Assembly (NCBI GenBank): GCA_009103225.1
Contig: RHPI01003533.1
Location: 62,001-126,000, forward strand
From: Chlorokybus atmophyticus
Lineage: Eukaryota; Plantae; Mesostigma and Chlorokybus algae
Reading direction: 5' to 3'
Length of the DNA: 64,000 bases
Positions 13,036-23,374 of the stretch are shown here, in pieces. The notes under the pieces are model-generated. The model searched no databases. It worked only from the letters and a program-made list of their open reading frames with translations, and was not told where the DNA came from. Each line of letters opens with the position of its first letter. The first letter of the stretch is position 1. Both the position numbers and the translations under genes were made by a program.

Positions 13036-16000
13036 ATGGCCGTGAAGGTTGAGGAGCAGGAGGACGGGCCGCTGCCTAACGGCACAGTGGGTGCTGCGGC
13101 AGAGGCGGCTGCAGCCAACGGCGATGCTCATGATGATCACGCTGAAAGTAATGGCGTTGAGAAGTCTGCGGGAGCGACGTCCGCAGCTGCGGAACGCCGA
13201 CGCCGCCGTCGAAAGAAGAAGAAGGATAAGGCGAAGACAGGCAAGGGTGCTGATGCGGATGCTTCTGACGAGGAGGAAGAGGCGGCTCCAGCCGAGGTTT
13301 GCACTGAGCTAAGCTTGTGCACGCGCATGGTGATGGACGGCATTGCTCCTGTATAGTGTAAACTTGTTCCCGTCGATTGTTGTTTATAAATCATTCGCGG
13401 CTGCCAACAATTGAGATTGGAACTTCTTGAATGCGGACCTTAGTTGGTGAAGGTGCACAAATGCAGCCTGCTTCATGGGGTGTGCGGTCATGGCTGTGCT
13501 ATGTTAGGTATGTTAGATAGTTGGCGGTTTGCGGCCTAGCTCTCATCATGCTCACCAACTTTGTTTCAGTTGTATACTCCACGCTTTACCATTTCTCTAT
13601 TCGAAGTTCACCTTTATGTCTGCGCATGGCGGGCAGTCATATGCTTCAGTGCTGGATGTGCTTGTTGGGATATCCAGCGCTGCAGCTATCTGTGGCTTTC
13701 TACATGCGCTCGTTCATCATGCTGTGGGTCAGCTACTTGAGTTAGTTAGGGATCGATTGCTGCAACTCTTTGGGGTGATTGCGTTGTGTTGGCCTACATA
13801 TTCGTCGTTGCTGAGTAGTACTTGGTCGTTGTTTCGTCAGATTGTAGTCAACAACCACCATCTTTGCAGACAACTGACAACGTGGTGGTGGAGTATGTGA
13901 CTGCCAAGCCAGAGCTGGATACTGACGATCCAGCATATGATGAGCTGAGACGCATCTTTGAGAAGTTTTCTACCGCAGAAGCTCCGGTCAAGGTGAGAAC
14001 GAATCTGCTGTATTCCATCGGGGTTGGTCAGTCAACGGAAGTTGACCTTCACCCGATGGCAGTGTTGAACGCATAGTTTGCTTGGCCGCAGGGTGGGCGA
14101 TTGGCGGTCTGAGTCTACGGACTGATTTGGTAATCTAGTAGCCCGTGGTCTGTATGTGTCAAACGTTTGTACCATTCAAATTACGCCGCTAAGTTACAAT
14201 AAGTCACCACACAGTCAACACTCCTGCGTTTCTTTATAGCTGTTCTAAGAAGTGTCATGCACATCAGCTACACAGGAATATGTACCAGTGCGTCCAGCCT
14301 GCTGGACTTTCGCGTGCTGATGCGCAGCAAACGCGCTTTGTTGGATTTGGTGCTTGTACGACAACTGTCAAATTGGCCGGATGCCGTGTTGGGTGTAAGG
14401 GGGGTTTCTGTTTCTGAAGTCATGATTACTGCAGCTGGAAGATGGTGAGAATGGTGATGATGCAGAAGCTGCCTCAAAACCCAAGGGTGAAGGTGATGAT
14501 TCTGATGAGGAAGAAAAAGGGGAGAAAGGCGTATCCAAGAAGAAAAAGAAGGTGAGTTCGGGCCCTTCGAGTGCATGCATATACAAGGCTGACTCAAAGG
14601 ACCAATGAACTAAGGCCGCAATTGTCTGCAGCTGCTTCGCCGCCTTAAAGTAGCTGAGCTGAAACAGATGTGCCGCCGGCCAGAAGTGGTTGAGGTAAAC
14701 CCAGTCTCTTGCTGAACATAAGTTGTACAGTGTTGATGGCTTCTCCTCTACTGACACGCTCCTTGGCAGGTTTGGGATGCAACTGCTGCAGATCCACGTT
14801 TGCTTGTTTTTCTCAAAGCATATCGCAACTCGGTGCCAGTGCCAAGGCATTGGTCGCAGAAAAGGAAGTTTCTTCAGGTGTGTACCGCTGGTGGTTACTG
14901 TGGATGTTGCTGTGTGGTCGCAGTTTGTTGGCTATGCGTGTCACTTACGCGATCATCTACGCAGGGCAAGCGGGGTATTGAAAAGATTCCTTTCCAGTTG
15001 CCGGACTTCATTGCTGCTACTGGTATTGAGAAAATTCGACAGGTACAGGGTCACCATTGACATAGGCATCAGGTTGTGCTGATGCTTGCAGCAGCTATGC
15101 AGAGTATCTGAAATGTATCTTGCAGGCCTATGTAGAAAAGGAGGACATGAAGAAGTTGAAAACAAAGCAGAGGGACAAGATGCAGCCAAAGATGGGCAAG
15201 CTGGACATCGATTATCAAGTGCTGCACGATGCCTTTTTCAAGTACCAAACAAAACCAAAGCTGACTGGTTTTGGTGATTTGTACTATGAAGGCAAAGAGT
15301 TCGAGGTAAGTGTTGAGAAGCTGATTGTCTTGTTATGCTGCCTCATTGGCATTCACATACTTATTTGTTCGTTATTTTCTACATGCAGCATAACATGCAA
15401 GACAAGAAGCCTGGTTATTTGTCCATTGAGCTGCGAAACGCGCTTGGAATGCCTGACAACAGGTCCCCACCGCCATGGCTAGTCAACATGCAGCGCTATG
15501 GCCCTCCACCATCATATCCAAGCTTGAAGATACCTGGCCTCAACGCACCCATCCCGACGGGAGCACAGTTTGGATACGCCCCAGGGCAATGGGGCAAGCC
15601 ACCGGTGGATGAGTATGGTCGCCCATTGTATGGTGATGTCTTTGGCGTCCAGCAGCCAGATGAGGATGCCAACTACATTGAGCCCGTTGACAAGTCAAAG
15701 CACTGGGGAGACTTGGAGGAAGAAGAGGAAGAAGAGGAGCCAGAGCCCGAGGAAGAAGCCGAAGAAGAGGAAGAAGTGGATGAGGAAAAGATTGCTGATG
15801 GCATTGCATCTGTCGATTCCATGGCCAGCGTACCATCAGGTAGTCACTATTTCCTGTTTTCTGCGCTTCAGCATGACTTTTGCTCTACGCCAAAGCACTT
15901 ACAGATTGCTTGTTGCAGGAGTTGCTACACCTGATGTCATTGATCTCAGAAAGGCACAGCGGCGGGATGAAGACAAGCCCTTGTATACGGTGCTTGAGGA

Positions 16001-16404
16001 GCGTGAGCATCATGTCAGTGCCTCGGAAATCATGGGTTCAGCACATGCATACAATGTCCCTGGCAAGAAGGCAGTTGATCTGCTCAAGAGCCAAAAGACA
16101 GAGAAGGTTGATGTCACGCTGCGCCCAGAAGAACTTGAAGGCCTTGACGATGTTGCTCTGGCCGCCAAGTATGAGGAAGCCAGTAAGGCAGAAAAGGACA
16201 AGCATCACCGAGAAGATTTCAGTGACATGGTTGCTGAGGTAAGTCTCGTCGCGGGGCCAGCGTAGTCTGGACAAGCTGATTTGTCCGTGTGCTGTGTTTG
16301 AGCCAGTAATTGCTCTTGAGCAGGAAGCAAGAAAACGTAAAAGGAAGCAAGAACAGAAGGATTCAAAGAAGGATTCCAAGAAGGCTAAGGACTTCAAGTT
16401 TTAG
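13036..16404 (+). CDS. SF3B2: Splicing factor 3B subunit 2 (SAP145/Cus1), multi-exon
   Basis: VWDATAADPRLLVFLKAYRNSVPVPRHWSQKRKFLQGKRGIEKIPFQLPDFIAATGIEKIR, KMQPKMGKLDIDYQVLHDAFFKYQTKP, PSP domain PPPWLVNMQRYGPPPSYPSLKIPGLNAPIP..FGYAPGQWGKPPVDEYGRPLYGDVFG; C-terminus KDFKF, stop 16402-16404. Confidence 0.97.
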
Positions 16405-17640
16405 TTGCATTGCATGCACTGCGCAGGACAGCTGCAACAGTGAGCAGGTTGCTGCAGTTTGCTGCACGCATTCTGCAGTAAATATGGACATAGCCAATCG
16501 ACATGTACATTCAGCGGTCAGGCAGTGCCAGTGTTATGTTATGCCATGGGCACAGCACCTGCCATGGGCACCTGTGGCACAGTGTGGAGTGCACTGTACA
16601 GCCTTGCAGTGCCAAACCAAGTGTTATGCAGGTCAGTCCTGTGTTGCTGTTCACCTAGGTAAACTGTTTGGACTCAGTGACACAATCAATCCCCTCCCAG
16701 TTCTTTTGTACACCTAAATGAATATTGTGTCTGGTATCTGCAATAACAGTGGACAACAATCAGTGTGTGAGATTGCAAACTTATTGCGGACTTTGATCCT
16801 AGTGTGCGCGAAGTACCCTTTCTGTGGAAAGCTGACAGGCGGGGGAAGGGTCTCCTTTCTCAATGATCATTGACATACAAGTGTCTACATCAATGCTGCC
16901 ACCATACTCAACTGCCCCGCAAGGGCCTACTCAAGGGCCTACTCTAGGATCCCGCTGTGCACATGAAAGGTTGAGCTCGGTGATAAGATGCCATATGACA
17001 GCCCATCACTCCCCACTCCCACCCCCACCCGGGGTGGGGGTGGGCCACCCCCACCCACCCATCCCCACACACCACCCAACCCCAACCAGCACCCAACCAG
17101 CCCAGCACCCGAACCGAACACAGCACAACCTGTGCGGAGGGGGCATTGGACCAGGCACTGCTGACGTCGGCAGTGCAACTGCGACGCAACCCAGCAAACC
17201 CTGCTGCATCGCTTGCAGAGGGCGAGGAAGGCGGCGGAGCCAAGGAGAGAGGGAGGGGGAGTCCTGGTCGCCAATTTGCATGCTGTCTGCGTGACCAAAA
17301 GCGCCAACAACTAACCAACGCCCATGTGGGCAGGTGATTACCAACTGCATATTGACTGCTGCATGTCTAACGGGGTAGAGGCAGTAGATTAGCGTGCTAG
17401 TAGTAGCCCGGTGGTCAACTAAATGTCAGTTGTACGACACCTTGCATGTGTTGCTGCGTGCTGACTGGACTACACGTTGTGCATGCGCATGCATGTCCTG
17501 CATTTGATGTACAACATGTCCTCCCTCCCCACCAATTTTTGAAGGGTAGGATGCGTGACATGAAACTTCAATGTAGTGCATTGTTCATTTGCCTATTGTT
17601 GATCAGGTATGCCAAAGCACCGCGTACATACCATCCCCCC

Positions 17641-17978
17641 NNNNNNNNNNNNNNNNNNNNNNNNNNNNNNNNNNNNNNNNNNNNNNNNNNNNNNNNNNNN
17701 NNNNNNNNNNNNNNNNNNNNNNNNNNNNNNNNNNNNNNNNNNNNNNNNNNNNNNNNNNNNNNNNNNNNNNNNNNNNNNNNNNNNNNNNNNNNNNNNNNNN
17801 NNNNNNNNNNNNNNNNNNNNNNNNNNNNNNNNNNNNNNNNNNNNNNNNNNNNNNNNNNNNNNNNNNNNNNNNNNNNNNNNNNNNNNNNNNNNNNNNNNNN
17901 NNNNNNNNNNNNNNNNNNNNNNNNNNNNNNNNNNNNNNNNNNNNNNNNNNNNNNNNNNNNNNNNNNNNNNNNNNNNNN
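17641..17978. other. Assembly gap (N run)
   Basis: Run of n characters. Confidence 1.
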
Positions 17979-18245
17979 AAAGGCAAATTGTTGAACTCGC
18001 TTTATACAAGAAACGAGTTCAACAATTTGTGGGGAGGGGGGGGGGGGAGCGGGGGTGTTCGTAATGAGGTAAACGCGGTAAGCTTTCAAGTATGTGTAAA
18101 TAATGTCATAATTGCAAGTATGAGACTTCATTAGCTGTGGTACTTGTATTACCATATAGTTAATTGAAGCCTTTGACAAATGTTGAATAGGAGCATGTAC
18201 ATCCCTTTATCATATACTTAAGCAAATATACATAACATCTGTTAA

Positions 18246-18827
18246 TGTAACAGATACCGGCATTGCCGCCGACAACCGTTTATTCCTCTACCCCAACACC
18301 CACACCGCCAGAGACAAGCCTATTAAGCCGCAGCATGACGGTGTGGCACAAAAGTTCTGCGAAGACTGAATGATGTAAAAGGATCCATCATTTGATGGAT
18401 CCTTTTATACTGAGAGGGTATCAACTATCCTTTTGGTATACAAATCTCAGCTACTTATCATCCCTATCGATAGTATTACCATTGAAACATCTAGCGTGAG
18501 CCAATTGAGTGACAGACAAGGCATATTCCCAAGAATATGCATATTTAATACCTAATGATAAGGTACCTAACATAAGATTCCTATCGATAAGGTACCTAAC
18601 TTGATATCTGCATGTAGTAATCGCATATATGCACTTTGACACCAGAATAGGCTTGCATAAGCGGTTCTACACCCTTTGGGACTTACCAATTCTATAATGA
18701 AGTATTGAAAGCTTCAATTTAAGCGAGGAATTGTAGAAAAGAAATACATGTAGGTATGTATGATTATACGTACATAATGTGTTACTTGGGTAGCAATAAT
18801 ACTCCTATTATCATTGCTCCCATTACA
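18246..18827 (-). mobile_element. 3' LTR of chromovirus family A (Ty3/Gypsy), followed by PPT
   Basis: TGTAA...TTACA termini; alignable with LTR 51795-52322 (ccccaacacccacaccgcc, ctagcgtgag, ataggcttgcataagcggttctacaccc, cgtacataatgtgtta). A C-run PPT follows at 18829. Confidence 0.85.
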
Positions 18828-18922
<95 letters not shown>

Positions 18923-18976
18923 NACACACACACACACCACCACCTTGAATTTGCAACGTCCTCATTAAACTCAAGT

Positions 18977-21894
18977 TGTCATGCCGGTAAAGGTCTTAAG
19001 CTAGATTATCCAAGGATATGACTACATGCAGGGCAATAACAGACTGTGGGCTGGTTGTAGGCATGAGGTAATTAGATATGCTTGTAGAAGCATATATGGA
19101 CAACATTCTCTGTTGGGTTCTGTGATAGGAAGGTTGATGAGAAAGTTGGTAAGTGAGGGGAAGTGCATTTGGCGAGTTACAGTCAGCTTAACCGGACATC
19201 AGCGTAACCCAGATCTGGTGGGTGTGATCGGGGCTATTTTGGGAGTTGTAAGTGGAGAAGGACTTGTGGAAGGAGTGGGCATCCACGTGGCAGTCAAGAG
19301 CTGGTCATAGAGACAACCTTCTCATTATTGGAGGCGTGGGTCAGAGCTGGAGCTGGAGAGCAAGATTAAGTAGCTTTGACCATGGTCTATTGCATACCTA
19401 GTTGGTTGTGCTCGATTTAGACATACGAGTTATGTTGTTGACTTGTTCATTGTATAAGTAGTGTGATTGAACAGATGTAGCTAACTGGTCAGCAAGTTAC
19501 CGTACCAAGTTACAAGTGCCATACAAGTGCCATAACACTAGTGCAATACATCTTTGTGTGTTGAATGCGATTGGTGCCTTGGTTGAGACTGCTGTTGTGT
19601 GAGCGTGTGACACTTGCGCATACCATCGTGCCCTGCTCAGCAAGCACATCTACAAGGAGGAGGTCATCATCATCACCATCATGTAGACTGTTCACTTGCT
19701 TACCCGATCCAGGGACTTCAGTGGTTGGCAAGACCGGTGTGTGGTTGACGAGATAGTGAGTGGTAGCATGGCTAAAGTGTTCGGTCTCGTGGAGGATGAC
19801 ACCAGCAGCACCAGCACATCATTGTCATTTAATGGGAGGCTAGGAACATTGTCGTAGATGGAGTTTATTGTGAAGTTCAAGGCTGAGTGTTTGCAATGGG
19901 AAACATTGGACCAATCGTGGACAGAGGAGAAGGCATTCCAACTGATCCCATAATACTTGAGGCACGAGGCATACACCAATTACAAGCAGATTGTCATTGA
20001 GAGGGAGCTTGCAGTGGCTGGCACGGTGGAGGAACGCGCGTTGAGGTCGGGAGGAGCGCCGGCATCGACAACATCAGCCATGGATGAGCTGTACAAGAGG
20101 TTGAAGGAAGCATTCAAGCCCATGACAGCTGAAAAGATTAAGGAGCTGACTCTATTCAAGAGGAGAGAGGGTGAGACACCAAGGATGATGTACGGGAGGC
20201 TGTATCGACTGATGAAGGACATCGAGTACTCGATCTTGCAGGACAAGGCAGTCGCGATCATTTATGGGGAGCAGCTGGAGCAACACCTATCAAAGGAGGT
20301 GAAGATTGCTATGGCGGGATAAGGATTGTTGGAAAAGTACTCGTTGCAGCATGCGTTCAAGATGGCGGAAGCGGTGCAGCACGCGGTGGAGTATAAGAGG
20401 ACTACCCTAGCTGAGAATAGAGGGGAAACCAGCAGCAAGGAGGTGAAGCAACCACTGACGACAACGGTGAGGGTGGCGACGGCGATGACGACACTGACGG
20501 GGCGGAGCTGCTACGCGTGCGGTGCAGCCGACCACATCCAACGCGATTGTCCGAGGAGGGGCAGCAGCTTAAGGGAGGCTCAAGCTGATTGGTGTGGACA
20601 CTGCGGGAAGACAAGCCACATGATGGATGAGTGTTGGAGCAAGCATCCGGAGCTGAGACCAAGTGCGGGACGAACACGAGCGGGGCGGATGCCGATGCAG
20701 CAGGTGATGGCGCGAGGGAGTGCCGCGGACACGACACTGACGACGGAGGCAGTCACGACCAGCAAAGAGGCTTTGGCGGAGGCCGCGGCGTTGCGCAACG
20801 AAGTGAAGGAGTTGAAGGCGGCCTTGGAGCAGCTGCAGACGCGGATGCAAGCATGCCATTCGAGTATCAAGCTTACGCGGTGTGGCAAACACGGCGCGCA
20901 GTTGACGCGGTTGGCGAGCACGTGCTCGACAAGGGGGGTGACTGCAACACGCACGAGGAGCTGGTTCGGACCAGCACGGAGGAGTTGAAGGTTGAGGAGA
21001 AAGTGCAGGTGTGTCATGTGAAGATTATAACGACACCGGAGCAGCAATGCGAGGTAGAGGAGAAGATGGAGGTGGTGCGAACAGCTGCGCGCAGCGACGA
21101 CACCTTGATTCTCACGAGGCCGGCGGTGCGTGCGCGCGTGTGGCCGCGAGTGGCAATGGTAGACAACAAGGAAGGACACATCAGCGGGAGGTACATACCG
21201 CGCTCGGTGTTGTTGGACACGGAAGCGCAGCCAATCATGTTAGGGAGGACGGCGATGGAGGCATTGCAGCTGAGCGACAACGATCTCAAGCCATGCCCGT
21301 TCAACATAGAGACCGCGTTGGGGGCAACGGAGTCCGTTCAAGGGCGTACGAAGGAGCAGCTACCCATCAAGCTGTGTGGCAACGACAACGGGGAGGACTG
21401 CATATTCTGGACAAGATGTCTTGTGACGAACTCGACATCATTCGACTTTGGTGGGACAAGATTGCATGTATCTGGTGGGGATGTGCATCAACAACTAGTC
21501 GGAGACAGCATGTTTCCGTCCGCAATGGAGGAGTGGCAGTGGCGTGAAGGCTCTTATACCCTTACAACTACACTACAGGGCACGAGGACCGCAAGGGGAC
21601 GCAATCCGGTTGGTGCGAAAGGCGGCATCAGGGAGCTACGCGCACGACAACGGGGAGTTGAACTAAGATAGTGTGGAGGACTACATGCGGCGGGTACTTT
21701 GGGGACCTCAGCCTCGTCAAGGGGGGTGGGTGTAGCCTGTTCACTACACATGTAGCTAGACAAGCTAGTGTATAAGTAAAAGGAGCATACATTGCATGAA
21801 GTTGCAATGTTGTGCATGAGTAGCAGCATGGTGGACATGTGCTAGTGGGTGCATCGTGGTGACATGGCAGTCGAGGAGACGTGGCTCGACAACA
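18977..21894 (+). mobile_element. Internally deleted Ty3/Gypsy-type element (gag + aspartic protease, no RT/IN) nested in family-A 3' UTR, 4-bp TSD AAGT
   Basis: Starts TGTCATG and ends CAACA, with AAGT on both sides (18973-18976, 21895-21898). The host sequence ctcaagttgatcagg is intact at about 52360. PPT-like aaggggggtggg at about 21719-21730 is followed by TGT. Confidence 0.75.
19768..21671 (+). pseudogene. Retrotransposon gag (two CCHC knuckles) plus retropepsin, with stops and frameshifts
   Basis: CYACGAADHIQRDC and CGHCGKTSHMMDECWSKHP; protease-like RSVLLDTEAQPIMLG (catalytic DTG changed to DTE); downstream frame-shifted LVGQDCMYLVGMCINN*SETACFRPQWRSGSG; several in-frame TAA/TAG stops. 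Confidence 0.85.
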
Positions 21895-22700
21895 AAGTTG
21901 ATCAGGCTTGATTCCGAGTATTTGATACTAGTGAGATAGCAGGGAATGACGGGTGGTGATGAAACTGCACTGCCGGTGTGTCGTTAACCAAGCTAGTAGT
22001 TTACAGGTCATGACGTGCATCTCAACAATGTCGAAGCAACTTGCGGCACTGCGTAAGATGCCTGTCTCTCCCAACTGTTATGTTCCGTGCCATACCCTTT
22101 CCATTTTACTAAATAGCGGGTTGCGCATCCACTATTTAGTTTATAGCTCAATATAGCTTCCTCCTTATATTCGAGCTCGCTGTCCACCACAACTAGTGGT
22201 GGAGGATGTGTTCTACCGTTTGCGCAGTAAGGTTTCAACAAGTACACGTGAAATACGTTATGTATATGCACACTTGAGGGCAACTGCAGTCGATAAGCGT
22301 GCGTACCAACTCTATCAGTGATAGAGAATGGACATAACCATAGGGGCAGCAACTTGCGAGCACTCGTACCTTCAATGGTTACGTTCTTTGCGTGAAGCAA
22401 AACTTCATTGCCAACATCAAAAATGGCCATTCTTTTATGTGTTTGAGCATAAGATTTTTGCCTGTCTTGTGCTTTCGACAGACATAGCTTGGCTCGAGCC
22501 AATTGCTCCTGCATAGCAATGGCAAACTCCGTTGCCGTTGGTACAGTACGGGCATTGCGAGGTACGCGCAATGCCCTTACTGTACCAGACGCCAGTGTGT
22601 TTGTGTGAATCCCATAATTCAAGAAGGATGGGGTTTCTTTTACATGAGCAATCGATTGTTCAACAAGATACACAACCATATACCAATGTTAGGAAGTCAC
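21895..22700 (-). mobile_element. Chromovirus family A remnant: integrase C-terminus (GPY/F) + chromodomain + 3' UTR
   Basis: ORF 22008-22679 (ARKLLPLWLCPFSITDRVGTHAYRLQLP..IHNVFHV..EYKEEAILSYK..YLVKWKGYGTEHNSWE), colinear with 52365-53100. Confidence 0.9.
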
Positions 22701-23374
22701 TCATGATGGGCAAAGTTGCCCATTATCTTAGGGTTTGAGATTGATCTGTGTTCAATATTAACTTTGCTTAGTAGTCATGAGGCTAAGCATACTGAACGTA
22801 TTGAAGTTTTGCGCACACATTCAACGTGTAATGCATTCATTGCATGTAGAATAGTCTTGGAGTTTATGTACACACGTAGCTGCCTGCCCAATACACAACT
22901 AGCCTTGATACACTCATTTGGCTTGACATCAAGTGCGTTGAAGGCTTTTTGATTGTTGTTGAGTTGAACGCAATTGGCAAGGCCTATACAACTTAAAACT
23001 GACGGTAGAGTTGCTTAGCAAGCAAACTAAGCTAATGAGATCACATGTTAGCCAATCGGCCAAGCCTACACAACTCATGGATCTTGCACATACCAGAAAC
23101 ATGATGGGAGCTGCATAGATGGTAACACATCATTCAACCAGGTTAACATTAACAGCTTTAGAACCAACATTCACCCAAAGCTTGCCATATAACCGCGGAC
23201 ATCTCCAGTTGATTTACCAAAATTGAAGCAGGATCCAGCAACATATATCAATCCCTGCCAAAGTGCAACTATGCCGTGCGCTATCAGCAGCGTTGTATTT
23301 GCCACCGCTGATGTTGTCTCTCAGCAAGCACCAAAAGTATTGTACATAAGAATACTGTTCACAAACGCTTCGCC

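Noticed and set aside
17446-18179. Long ORFs spanning N runs (also 34442-34996 and 35486-36436)
   Set aside because: Open only because N codons translate as X.
18829-18922. About 94-nt pure poly-C run (poly-Pro/poly-Gly ORFs in the track)
   Set aside because: It replaces the 7-C PPT seen in the sister copies and ends in an n; most likely a homopolymer or gap-filling artefact.
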